From: an uncultured Gammaproteobacteria bacterium | GTDB lineage: Bacteria > Patescibacteriota > Patescibacteriia > Patescibacteriales > UBA12465 | Direction: 5' to 3' | Assembly: GCA_964408775.1 (NCBI GenBank) | Contig: CAYPAP010000002.1 | Location: forward strand, 129,109 to 193,108 | DNA length: 64,000 bases | In this document: one piece after another, positions 37,716 through 47,304 of the stretch | Position numbering within the stretch: position 1 is the first letter of the stretch | How the letters are laid out: the number at the start of each line of letters is the position of its first letter | Notes under the pieces: generated by a model | Database searches by the model: none | Seen by the model: the letters and a program-made list of their open reading frames with translations, nothing else | What the model was told of the DNA's origin: nothing | Made by a program: the position numbers and the translations under genes

Positions 37716-38927
37716 CTAGCAATTACGATAAATTTGAAGTAATTTAGATAAATGACTGCTAATACCCAGGCCCATGGATAATAAACCAGCCTTTTCACCT
37801 ATTTGAAGTAAGTTATAGTTTTCTAAATCATCGATAACCCGGGCTAAATCCTTGCTGTCTGCTCTATTAAATAAAAACCCAGTCTCCCCGTCCTTTACAA
37901 GCTCTGGAAGACCGCCAGTTTTAGCCGCAATAACCACTTTCTGCAACATTAAGGATTCTAATAATGTCAAGGGCATGTTCTCCAGCCAAATAGAGGGTAA
38001 AAATACAACTTTAGCCCTCTTAACCTCCAGAAACAAGTCGTTAGCAAATTTGGGCCCTAAAAATTTAACCTGCTTATCTAAATTAAGATCGGTCACCATT
38101 TTTTTTAAATTATTTTCCTCTGGCCCAGATCCAATTATTTTTAACTTCATTTTATTATTCGCTAAGCTCAAAGCTGATAACAAAACATCAATACCCTTTT
38201 CTTTGGATAAGCGACCAAAATATAAACCGTAGTCCCCAATCTCATCAATTAAATCATTATTTAATTTTTCGGAAAAATTATAAAGAACCTTGACTTTATT
38301 TTCTGGCCAACCAAACTTAACAACGGTGTCTTTCATAAACTGACTAGGAGCAATAAACAGGCTAATATTTTTTTCATAAACTTTTAAGATTCGATGATGG
38401 AAATACATTTCTATTGTTGCCAAGAAGCTTTTCCAGAAAGAATCCTTGAAACATTTTTGCTTTAAACAATTATAATATTTACCACCCAAACAACGATAAC
38501 AGATTTCATTATGCGCCAATAATTGATAGTTAGGGCAAACTAATTTATAATCATGCAAGTGCATTATCACGGGGATTTTTCTTTTTCTGGCTACTCTTAA
38601 AATCGAGGGAGAGATTTGATGGTAAATATTATGAATATGAATAACATCTGGTTTAAAATCCTTAACCAAGCGTTTAAATTTTCTTCGAGCCTCAAAGCTA
38701 AACAAAATTCTAAAAGGGCTCAAAAACTTATCCCTAAAACCACCTTCATTAAAACTAATCCGAGAAACAAAATATTTATCAAACTCACTAGAATTATTTT
38801 TTGGATGCTTCATTGAGAAAATAGCCACTTGATGCCCTAATTCCCTTAGCTCTCGACTAATTTCAATAAAATATTTCTCAGCACCACCCCTAATATAATT
38901 ATACTTGTTAACTTGAAGTATTTTCAT
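37716..38927 (-). CDS. Glycosyltransferase family 4
   Basis: RGGAEKYF N-terminus and C-terminal LPSIWLENMPLTLLESLMLQKVVIA...GGLPELV. Confidence 0.8.
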   Translation of the reverse strand: MKILQVNKYNYIRGGAEKYFIEISRELRELGHQVAIFSMKHPKNNSSEFDKYFVSRISFNEGGFRDKFLSPFRILFSFEARRKFKRLVKDFKPDVIHIHNIYHQISPSILRVARKRKIPVIMHLHDYKLVCPNYQLLAHNEICYRCLGGKYYNCLKQKCFKDSFWKSFLATIEMYFHHRILKVYEKNISLFIAPSQFMKDTVVKFGWPENKVKVLYNFSEKLNNDLIDEIGDYGLYFGRLSKEKGIDVLLSALSLANNKMKLKIIGSGPEENNLKKMVTDLNLDKQVKFLGPKFANDLFLEVKRAKVVFLPSIWLENMPLTLLESLMLQKVVIAAKTGGLPELVKDGETGFLFNRADSKDLARVIDDLENYNLLQIGEKAGLLSMGLGISSHLSKLLQIYRNC

Positions 38928-40017
38928 AATTATTAATTAAATTTAAATATAATTTTTCATACTCTTTGCTTATTTTTTGGATAGAAAAATTTTCAACAAC
39001 TAAATTATACAAACCATCCCCCCAAGCCCTTAATTCATCTTGATTTTGAGGATCTAAAAAATAATTTAATTTATCAACTAAATCAATTAAATTATCATTT
39101 TCAAAAAACTTGCCAGTTTCATTATTAGAAATTATATCAATAATTCCGTCAATCTTGGACGCCAACACCGGAAGTCTCAATAAACCAGCCTCCAGCAGGA
39201 CGATTCCTAGACCCTCCCACCTTGACGGCAAAACAAAAAAATCTAATTGATTTAGAAAGTCAGCTATATTATGTTTTAGCCCTACTAATTCAATCCTGTC
39301 CTCTAGGCCAAATTCATTTATTTCTTTTTTCAAATCATTTTTTAAATAACCCTCCCCGGCAATCAAGCATTTAAAATTTTTATTTTTAACCTGCGCCAGA
39401 GCCTTGATTAATAATGAGTAGTTTTTTTGAGGAACCAAGCGACCAACAGAACCAAAAACTACTTCGCTAGAATTATTAACATCTTTTTTGATTTTAAATT
39501 TATTAACATCTACCCCGTTGTGGATTAGAATCACCTTTCCTTCCTTTAATTTAAAATTATTAATTAAATCGTTTTTGACTGCCGAAGAAACCGCTATTAT
39601 TTTATTAAAAAAACAACTCAATATTTTTCTAAAAAAATTATATGCCCCACCATTATTTTTTGCAACATTGTGCTCAGTGGAAACAACAAATTTAACTCCA
39701 GCTAATTTAGCCGCCAAAGACCCATAAATATCGGCTCCCAAATGAGTGTGAACAATATCAGGAGAAAGCTTTCTTATCCTTTTATAGATATTAAAAAAAT
39801 TAATTATATCCAACTTAAATCTTTTTTTAAAAACTATTACTTTTATCCCCTTGGATCTAGCCTCATCATAAAAGAAGCCCTTAGACTTAAATAATAATAA
39901 TTCCACAGAAAAATTATTGGCAGAAAAATTGCTCAACAAATCCAAAACTAAACGCTCGGCTCCACCTGAACTCAATGACGGTAAAATATGCAAAACTTTT
40001 ATTTTTTTATCATTCAT
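38908..40017 (-). CDS. Glycosyltransferase family 4
   Basis: SGGAERLVLDL and LPSRWEGLGIVLLEAGLLRLPVLAS (E-x7-E). Confidence 0.8.
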   Translation of the reverse strand: MNDKKIKVLHILPSLSSGGAERLVLDLLSNFSANNFSVELLLFKSKGFFYDEARSKGIKVIVFKKRFKLDIINFFNIYKRIRKLSPDIVHTHLGADIYGSLAAKLAGVKFVVSTEHNVAKNNGGAYNFFRKILSCFFNKIIAVSSAVKNDLINNFKLKEGKVILIHNGVDVNKFKIKKDVNNSSEVVFGSVGRLVPQKNYSLLIKALAQVKNKNFKCLIAGEGYLKNDLKKEINEFGLEDRIELVGLKHNIADFLNQLDFFVLPSRWEGLGIVLLEAGLLRLPVLASKIDGIIDIISNNETGKFFENDNLIDLVDKLNYFLDPQNQDELRAWGDGLYNLVVENFSIQKISKEYEKLYLNLINNYENTSS

Positions 40018-40020
40018 ATA

Positions 40021-41307
40021 TTAAACATTTTTTATATTAGATTTAATCTTGATGCCGGGATTATTTTTATTCCTCTCCAGTATGCTAACGGCTATCAAAG
40101 CCAAGGCTATTGGTATCCAGGCCCTACCCTTGTAGTAAGAGGTGTTAAATAATTGGTAAAAATACCCCCCAAAAGCAGCCACAAATAAGGGTAATAATAA
40201 TTTATAATGTTCCTTGTTGTTGATAACCCCCTTATAAATAAATCTAAAAATTAAAAATAGAAATACTAAAAAAGAAATAATACCCAATAATCCGTATTCG
40301 GCAATAATTTTTTGACCAAAACCATGTGAATCCAGGGGTTCTCCATACTTAGCCACAAAGCGAGTGTTATCACTCACCAAAGAAATAAATTCTCCACCTC
40401 CATGACCAAAAAATGGTTTATCCTTTAATGCCTCCCATGATATTTTGGTTAACAAAACTCTATTTTGTGTAGAACTAAAATTAACTTCCTGTAAATTTAT
40501 AGCCCTGACAAAAAAAGGTGAAACCAGTACAGCTAAGAAAAAGAAGGCTATAAGAATATCTCTAACATTCAATTTCTCTCTCTTTATAATTAAATAATAT
40601 ATTGAAAAATAAGTTACTACTTGTAATAAAAGAGTCAGCCAAGCTGTCCGTCCAAAAGTCAAAAGATTTACTAACACTAAAAAAACAAATAAAACATCTA
40701 AAAAACGACAGACCCTAAAACTTTTATAGAAATACTTTAAAGCCAGGACTAAAAAAGCAACAATTATTAAAAATTCGGCCATTAAATTATAATTTTGCCC
40801 AAATATCCAGTCTCCAAACAGGGGCAAAGGCTGGGATCTAAAAAATGGGTCTGATAAGTCCTGGAGAAATAAAGAGAAAAACCCAACTACCGCCAAAAAC
40901 AATCCACTTATAGTTATTAAAATTAAAATATTTTTTAAATATTTTAATTCCCCCAAGACATTAAAAGGGAAAACGATAAAAGCTATATAAAAAAATAAAA
41001 CCCATCTAATACTATACCAAATAGATCCTAGCTCCCCCGGATTTAAAAAAGATGAAATAACAGCAATTAAGAAAAAAATTAAAAAAGCACCAAAAAAAGG
41101 AAGACTTATTTTTTTAGGATGGTACGAGGTGAAATAATCATGTATTTTAGAAACAAATAGAAAAAATAAGGCCAGCAGGGCTAATAAATCAACAAAAGGT
41201 ATCTCCAAGGATTTAAAATAAAAACTCCAGCCAATGACTGGTAAGAAAAAAGAAATTAAATATAAAAAAAATAATAGAAATTTATTTTGGAAAACCCCAG
41301 CCTGCAT
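40021..41307 (-). CDS. O-antigen ligase/polymerase-like (Wzy_C-type) polytopic membrane protein
   Basis: At least 10 TM segments and the FGRTAWLTLLL motif typical of the O-antigen ligase family. Confidence 0.65.
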   Translation of the reverse strand: MQAGVFQNKFLLFFLYLISFFLPVIGWSFYFKSLEIPFVDLLALLALFFLFVSKIHDYFTSYHPKKISLPFFGAFLIFFLIAVISSFLNPGELGSIWYSIRWVLFFYIAFIVFPFNVLGELKYLKNILILITISGLFLAVVGFFSLFLQDLSDPFFRSQPLPLFGDWIFGQNYNLMAEFLIIVAFLVLALKYFYKSFRVCRFLDVLFVFLVLVNLLTFGRTAWLTLLLQVVTYFSIYYLIIKREKLNVRDILIAFFFLAVLVSPFFVRAINLQEVNFSSTQNRVLLTKISWEALKDKPFFGHGGGEFISLVSDNTRFVAKYGEPLDSHGFGQKIIAEYGLLGIISFLVFLFLIFRFIYKGVINNKEHYKLLLPLFVAAFGGYFYQLFNTSYYKGRAWIPIALALIAVSILERNKNNPGIKIKSNIKNV

Positions 41308-41311
41308 ATAA

Positions 41312-43255
41312 TTAAAATTTTACTTCTAATAAATAATCTTTATCCAAGGAATTAACCCAATAAAGATTATTTTCTGAAATATCAAAGTCACCCCCTCCAA
41401 GAACACTTTTTATAGGGTTAGAAAAATCTAAATAAACTTCAAATTGAGAGATATTACTTCCGGGTTGTTTTTGAATTAATAAGGAATAGTAATTGTTGTT
41501 TATAATTTTTTCTGAGATATCATCAGGTAAATAATATTCAAAAACTAATGTTTTCTCGCTTCCCGGCTCAATCGATAAAAAAGATGTAAAATAGGTCTTG
41601 GGATAATAAATATCTTTTTCTAAATAAGATTCAACACCTTCTAAAGAGCCCAGGGATGAGACTAATTTGCTGTTATAAGGAACATAGGTCCGAGTAAAAG
41701 TTCTGTATCTGGTTGTCTGCCAATCAAACCAACCATTATTTTTATAACTTACCTCTACTCTAGCTATAAATCTTTTTTCCTCTTGCTTTAAATAATATTT
41801 AATCTTTTTATCCATAACCCTGTCAGTTTTAAAGGCGGCTAAATTAGCATCTACTACCATTAAATAATCATGAGAGTTATTTTTAATTTCACCACTCCAA
41901 TTTAAATCAGCTGAAACCTTGCGATTATATTCATCATTTAAATAAACCAAAACATTTTTTTCTTGAACATTTTTATTAAAAACACCCACCAACTCCGGCC
42001 ATCTATCCGAAGGAAGATTAAATAGTTTGCTTATTAACTCCTGTAAAATATCGCCGATAACGGATTTTCTATCCCACTCAGAAACACCATCCTCTCTAAA
42101 GGCCATTTCCACTTCATACTGCAAAACATCCACAAAATTTTCACTATTATAAATTTTACCATCAATTTCAATCGGTCCAACTATATAAAGCAGGTCAGTA
42201 ATAAATTCTGGAATAATAGCCACCACCCCCGAAAAATCAATTAAGTCATTTTCCTGGTTGGCCGCCAGTAATTCTTCTCTATAAAACCATTGTAACCTTT
42301 TGGCGCTACTAGGCCAATCTGGGGACCAATTAGCATCACGCATAAACCATCGATCAACCCCTAAATACTTTTTTAAGGGCTCAGGAGGATCGACTTGAAA
42401 AGATGTGTTCAGACTAGCTGGCATGTCCAAGTGATAAATATCATGAACTTCTAAATTATTAATACTACCAGCTCTTAGCCCTAAAATTCCATAAGATCCA
42501 ATAAACCCTCCCGTAGGACGAAGCTCATTATTGTTTTGTAAAACAATTAAATAATTAGCGTTTTCTGGGTATCCTGCTAAAACTGGAACAATACTAGATA
42601 ATGATATGGTTTTTTCGAGAGCTAAGGAGATTGATTTTAAATTATTTCCCAAGCTATTAATTTGATTAACATACGGAAGTAAGAACCTATTACTCTTAAT
42701 TTGATCTAAATAAAATAAAGATAAATTTATATTAGCTCTAATACCCTGCATTTCTGGATAACTTTCATATAATATTTTTAAAACCCTAACTCTATCTTCC
42801 TCTGCTAACTCCAAGAAGTTGCTTGACTTTTTACCAGAGAAAACATCATTAACATCCTGCACTAAAAATAAAGCCTTGCTAGCCGAACGACTCAATGTTT
42901 CAGCTATTTGAGCTAGCTTTTTGAAATCATTTAAATTATCCTCTAAAAAATCGAACCTTCTTACTAAAAAATTTCTTTGTAAATCACCCAATGTCTCACT
43001 AGCAACTAAAAAATTATGACTAGCTCTCTGAGCAACTAGTTGAGCCCCGGGAAAATCGCCATCGGAAGCTAGCTCCAAAGAATAAGATAAATCCTGTTGA
43101 CCGGAGGAAATACTAATATAAACAGATTTAAATTTAATAAATAAAAAAACTGTTATAACAACAGCTGTAATAAAAATAAAAAATAATATCAAAAAAACAG
43201 TCTTGACCGCCCCTGATTTAAATAAACGTTTTCTTTTTAAAAAATTTTTACTCAT
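41312..43255 (-). CDS. DUF4012-like membrane-anchored protein
   Basis: N-terminal TM. The NNNELRPTGGFIGSYG motif matches my recollection of DUF4012. Confidence 0.5.
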   Translation of the reverse strand: MSKNFLKRKRLFKSGAVKTVFLILFFIFITAVVITVFLFIKFKSVYISISSGQQDLSYSLELASDGDFPGAQLVAQRASHNFLVASETLGDLQRNFLVRRFDFLEDNLNDFKKLAQIAETLSRSASKALFLVQDVNDVFSGKKSSNFLELAEEDRVRVLKILYESYPEMQGIRANINLSLFYLDQIKSNRFLLPYVNQINSLGNNLKSISLALEKTISLSSIVPVLAGYPENANYLIVLQNNNELRPTGGFIGSYGILGLRAGSINNLEVHDIYHLDMPASLNTSFQVDPPEPLKKYLGVDRWFMRDANWSPDWPSSAKRLQWFYREELLAANQENDLIDFSGVVAIIPEFITDLLYIVGPIEIDGKIYNSENFVDVLQYEVEMAFREDGVSEWDRKSVIGDILQELISKLFNLPSDRWPELVGVFNKNVQEKNVLVYLNDEYNRKVSADLNWSGEIKNNSHDYLMVVDANLAAFKTDRVMDKKIKYYLKQEEKRFIARVEVSYKNNGWFDWQTTRYRTFTRTYVPYNSKLVSSLGSLEGVESYLEKDIYYPKTYFTSFLSIEPGSEKTLVFEYYLPDDISEKIINNNYYSLLIQKQPGSNISQFEVYLDFSNPIKSVLGGGDFDISENNLYWVNSLDKDYLLEVKF

Positions 43256-43889
43256 GATAATCTAAAATTTTATCTAACAAAATTATTTTTTTAGAATTTA
43301 AAACACTATGTAAAAAAACGTCTGCTATTTCCTGCCGATATTTAAACTCCTCTTTGTCCATTACAGTAAAGTTTACCTGATGACCAATTTCTAGCTCCAT
43401 TTCGTTTATAACCTGAACCAACTTATCCTTATCAACATCGGCTACCACCAAAATATCTGTTGGTGACTTATCAGTATTAACAAACATACCAGACAACAAA
43501 ATAAATTGTGGGTCACATATTGATTTTAAATTAATAATAAAGCTTTCTCCGGCCATGATTTGTGACTTGGAAATAAGCGATTTAATTTCAGGAAACAATA
43601 CAAAACTTTTATTCACCCAATAATACTTTTTTTCATTCAAAGAGGGCTCTTTCCCCGACTTCTTTTTAGTTGTTCCGGTCTTGGTAGACAAAGGATCTAA
43701 ATTTGTGCTATTATTAGAGGAGATTAGTAAACCGAATTCCTCTAAGCTAACCAGCTCTCTTCTAATAGAATTAACCTGAAGTTTTAGATCCCTAGACAAT
43801 TGTCTTAGGTAAAATTTTTTATCAGGGTTAAGAAGGAAAATCTTTAAAACCTTGACCCGAGTTTTGGATCCGAACAGTTTCTCTAACAT
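43248..43889 (-). CDS. Winged-helix (ArsR-like) transcriptional regulator with an extra C-terminal domain
   Basis: FGSKTRVKVLKIFLLNPDKKFYLRQLSRDLKLQVNSIRRELVSLEEFGLL. 8-nt overlap with the downstream gene. Confidence 0.5.
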   Translation of the reverse strand: MLEKLFGSKTRVKVLKIFLLNPDKKFYLRQLSRDLKLQVNSIRRELVSLEEFGLLISSNNSTNLDPLSTKTGTTKKKSGKEPSLNEKKYYWVNKSFVLFPEIKSLISKSQIMAGESFIINLKSICDPQFILLSGMFVNTDKSPTDILVVADVDKDKLVQVINEMELEIGHQVNFTVMDKEEFKYRQEIADVFLHSVLNSKKIILLDKILDYHE

Positions 43890-43984
43890 ATTATTTTTTT
43901 ATTATTTTTATTATTATATTGGAAAAATATTATATTTATATTACAATATATATTATATAATATTTACAAGCTTTAGTCAATACT

Positions 43985-46048
43985 ATGCCCATAAAAACCT
44001 CTTTAGTAAACATTTTAAACAATCCGAACAAAAGTTTTATTCAGGCCTCCATAATAGAGCCCAATAAAAACCAAACTGAAAAAGCTGGAACCCTTTTTAT
44101 TTTAACAGAAATAAACCAACCTAACAAAATTGCAGAAAAAATAATTTTTATAATAAGCCAATTATTAGAGAAAAATTATTATTTAAACGAGAAAATATTT
44201 CTAGCCGAACAATTAAATAGCCTAAAGATAGAAGCTATTTTTGAGTCAGCCCTAGTTAAGAGTAACCGAGAGTTACTAGAATTTATTGACCAACAGAAAA
44301 TAAGCTTTAATTTTAAAACCCTAAACATAATTGTTGGCTTAATCTACGAAGAACAAATTCACTTTTCTAGCATGGGACAGAATAAGTCATTTTTAATTAA
44401 TAAAAATGATGATAACTGGCAAATAAGTGATATTAACCCCAGCGACGAGGAGCACGAAATAGAAGATTTGGCCGCCGGTAAAATATTTTCTTCTATTATC
44501 AGCGGAGAGCTACCAGAAAATTCATATATAATATTTAGCAACCCCTCCCTATCTCAATATCTTCTAGGTGATGAGTTTGTTAAAATAATTGGAGAACTAA
44601 AACTAGAGGGAGCCACTGAACAAATAAAAAATTATTTAAAAAAGATCAACAACTACTCTAATTTTTGCGGATTATTAATAAAAAACTCCTTCTCTAGCTT
44701 ATCTAATAATAATATCAAATATTATGACTCCGATCTAATAAATACTGAAAACAAAACAGAAAAATTATTAACAACCCCTGGAAGTATTAACACAAAAAAA
44801 ACTATAAAAAAAATATCATTATTTTTAAACAAAATAAATATCTTTAAGGGACTACCAAAGACGATTAGAAAACTATTTAAAAAAGCAAATACTAAAAAAG
44901 AAAAAAGTATTGAAATAACCGAGCACTCCTCATCAAATAAAAGACGAATAAATAAGAAAAATCTATTAATAATAGCCGGAATTTTACTGCTAATACTGGT
45001 AGCTAATATAGTTTTCCAGAAAAAAGAAAAAAGCGAGGTATTAATAGAAGAAAATGCCTCTAATTTCAGTGAACTAATAGAGCAGAAACAAAATCAGATT
45101 GATTCGGCTCTACTATACAATAACGAAGCTCGGGCCAAGGAAATAATAGAAGAATTGCAAGAGATAATAAATTCCCTAAGTGATAAAGAAAAAAACAAAA
45201 TAAAAAATTATTCGGAAATAGAAGAAAAAATAAGTGAACAAATATCTAAAATTCAAAAAATGATTAAATTATCAAACCCCAGGGAAATTACAAATTTCTC
45301 TAACTTAAGCCAAGAGGCCGATACTATGGCCATGGAATATAGAAATGAATCCGGAAAAATATATGCTGTAGATGGAAAAAATAATCATATATATCTATTA
45401 AATTTAGAAGGAAACGTTAGCTCTATTTTATCAAAAAACGATTCAATATCGGGTGATTATGCTATTTCCGCCAATTTCCAAGACAACTCTTACTTTATAG
45501 TCGGGGATCAAGTTATCACTATAAATGGACAGGATCAAATATCTTTTAATAAAATAAACCTGGAGGACAAGGAAAGTATATCATCTTTCGATGTCTATAA
45601 TAGCAGACCATATATCGTAAATAAAAAACAAAATCAAATAATAAGATACAATAGATCCGGTGATACTTTTTCCTCTCCTACAAATTGGCTGAAAGACAAC
45701 TCTAACATTAATATCCAAAGCATTGCTATTGATTACAGTATTTATATATTAACTCAAGAGGGAGAGGTTAAAAAATACCTAGAAGGAAGTCCCGAAAATT
45801 TCTCTACCGACAAAATTACACCGCCCCTAGAAAAAGCGGATTACTTAAAGATTGGAGATAAATATATTTTTGTGGTTGATAAAAGTAGCCAAAGAATTGT
45901 AGTTTTTTATAAAGAAAATGGCTTATTTATAAACCAGTACTACTCTGATAAATTTGATAATATCAAGGACATGGCTATAGACGAAAAAAATAATAAGATA
46001 TATATATTAAACAATAACTCCGTCTACGAAGTCGATATTATTTTATAA
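43985..46048 (+). CDS. Hypothetical bitopic membrane protein (degenerate PP2C-like N-terminal domain?, coiled coil, beta-propeller-like C-terminal domain)
   Basis: TM at LLIIAGILLLILVANIVF (about residue 330). The C-terminal repeats resemble NHL/propeller blades. The N-terminal similarity to PPM phosphatases is weak and lacks obvious metal-binding Asp residues. Confidence 0.45.
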   Translation: MPIKTSLVNILNNPNKSFIQASIIEPNKNQTEKAGTLFILTEINQPNKIAEKIIFIISQLLEKNYYLNEKIFLAEQLNSLKIEAIFESALVKSNRELLEFIDQQKISFNFKTLNIIVGLIYEEQIHFSSMGQNKSFLINKNDDNWQISDINPSDEEHEIEDLAAGKIFSSIISGELPENSYIIFSNPSLSQYLLGDEFVKIIGELKLEGATEQIKNYLKKINNYSNFCGLLIKNSFSSLSNNNIKYYDSDLINTENKTEKLLTTPGSINTKKTIKKISLFLNKINIFKGLPKTIRKLFKKANTKKEKSIEITEHSSSNKRRINKKNLLIIAGILLLILVANIVFQKKEKSEVLIEENASNFSELIEQKQNQIDSALLYNNEARAKEIIEELQEIINSLSDKEKNKIKNYSEIEEKISEQISKIQKMIKLSNPREITNFSNLSQEADTMAMEYRNESGKIYAVDGKNNHIYLLNLEGNVSSILSKNDSISGDYAISANFQDNSYFIVGDQVITINGQDQISFNKINLEDKESISSFDVYNSRPYIVNKKQNQIIRYNRSGDTFSSPTNWLKDNSNINIQSIAIDYSIYILTQEGEVKKYLEGSPENFSTDKITPPLEKADYLKIGDKYIFVVDKSSQRIVVFYKENGLFINQYYSDKFDNIKDMAIDEKNNKIYILNNNSVYEVDIIL

Positions 46049-46064
46049 AATCAATGCCTAAAAT

Positions 46065-46109
46065 AAAGCAAACAAAAAAGAGTTTTAAAAACTCTTTTTT
46101 GTTTGCTTT
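46065..46109. terminator. Bidirectional terminator (19-bp perfect stem)
   Basis: AAAGCAAACAAAAAAGAGT tttaaaa ACTCTTTTTTGTTTGCTTT, between convergent genes. Confidence 0.85.
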
Positions 46110-46125
46110 GTAAAACTATTTAAGA

Positions 46126-46536
46126 TTATTTTAAAGTAGCTTTTCCACCGGCTTCTTCAACTTTTTTCTTAATCTCTTCAGCTTCTTCCTTTTTAACTCC
46201 TTCTTTAATAACCTTTGGAGCTCCATCAACTAAATCCTTAGCTTCTTTTAACCCCATTTCTGTCACCTCTCTAACAACTTTGATAACAGCAATTTTATTA
46301 GCTCCAGCATCACTTAACTCAATGTCAAAGCTAGTTTTTTCTTCAGCGACTTCTCCACCAGGAGCACCAGCCATTGGAGCACCAACCATCATAGCTGGAG
46401 CAGCGGCTGAAACACCAAATTTGTCTTCTAGAATTTTAACTAATTCGGCTAAATCTAGAACACTCATTTTTTCGATTTCCTCAACTAATGATTTGAACTT
46501 AGCTGGGACTTCAACGTTCTTTTTTTCTTCAGACAT
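46126..46536 (-). CDS. rplL: Ribosomal protein L7/L12
   Basis: [20 protein letters not shown]...[27 protein letters not shown]. Confidence 0.9.
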   Translation of the reverse strand: MSEEKKNVEVPAKFKSLVEEIEKMSVLDLAELVKILEDKFGVSAAAPAMMVGAPMAGAPGGEVAEEKTSFDIELSDAGANKIAVIKVVREVTEMGLKEAKDLVDGAPKVIKEGVKKEEAEEIKKKVEEAGGKATLK

Positions 46537-46602
46537 AATTTTTGTAACCCTTGTTTTTTAATTACTAAAAAATCAAGGGCTTAATTATAATTAATTATTA
46601 TT

Positions 46603-47130
46603 TTATTCTTTTTTATCGGCTATAGACTGCAAAACTGTTACTAGACCCCTCAAATTTCCAGCTAACACATGGACAAAGCCAGAAACTGGAGCATTAATAG
46701 ATCCAACCAATTTAGCATATAATTCATCTTTGCTTGGTAAAGTAGCTAAATTATTAACTTCTTCTTTGCTGATGAAACGACCATCTAAAACTCCACCAAC
46801 AAAAGCTATTTTACCCTCGTTAGCCTTTTTAAAATTAAAAACAGCTTTAACTGGAGAAACCTGATCCTCATAAGCAAAAACAGCCGCTACCTTGCCTGGA
46901 AAGCTTTTAATATCTAAATCAGCTACTTTTTCATTCTTAAAAGCTAAATCTAATAACGTTTTTTTGGAAACGTAATACTCACCATTTTCTTTCTTTAGGT
47001 TTTGGCGTAACTCCTCGTTTTCTTTAACTCCTAAACCATCAAAAGTGGCAAAAACAATAGAAGTGGATTTTTTGATTTTATTATCCAAGTCTCGTAAAAT
47101 TTCTTGCTTCTGCAATTTATTTTTTGGCAT
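46603..47130 (-). CDS. rplJ: Ribosomal protein L10
   Basis: The start is moved to the ATG at 47130 (MPKNKLQKQEIL...). IVFATFDGLGVKENEELRQNLKKENGEYYVSKKTLL is typical of L10. Confidence 0.85.
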   Translation of the reverse strand: MPKNKLQKQEILRDLDNKIKKSTSIVFATFDGLGVKENEELRQNLKKENGEYYVSKKTLLDLAFKNEKVADLDIKSFPGKVAAVFAYEDQVSPVKAVFNFKKANEGKIAFVGGVLDGRFISKEEVNNLATLPSKDELYAKLVGSINAPVSGFVHVLAGNLRGLVTVLQSIADKKE

Positions 47131-47266
47131 ATTATTTAAATTAATTAATAAATAAAAAAATCTGCAAAAAGCAGACTGGCAAAATAAAAACAAATGTTTA
47201 AATCTCGGCGAGTCTTATATGGGTTGCCCCAAGGCTGGCTGTCTGCGATTTTTTGATTGTGTGAGT
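47131..47266 (-). promoter_or_regulatory. About 130-nt rplJ 5' leader (candidate L10 autoregulatory leader)
   Basis: Lies between a consensus promoter and the rplJ ATG. It contains a GNRA-capped hairpin, UGGG-GCAA-CCCA (47220-47231), and the hairpin UCUGC-UUUUU-GCAGA followed by U7 (47175-47151) just before the start codon. Confidence 0.4.
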
Positions 47267-47295
47267 ATTATATATTAAAACTAAGTAAATGTCAA
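47267..47295 (-). promoter_or_regulatory. Promoter of rplJ-rplL
   Basis: Minus strand: TTGACA (47295-47290), 17 nt, TATAAT (47272-47267). Confidence 0.6.
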
Positions 47296-47304
47296 CACCC
47301 AGAG

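Noticed and set aside
47131-47193. N-terminal extensions given by the track for rplJ (to 47193), asnS (to 56144), rlmN (to 48369), pyrG (to 20215), the 59242 pilin (to 60333), the 36233 gene (TTG at 37651), the 1993 TTG start and the 7958 start
   Set aside because: The extensions add hydrophobic or odd residues ahead of well-conserved N-termini or signal peptides. In several cases they run through promoter -10/-35 elements. Internal ATGs fit family N-termini better.
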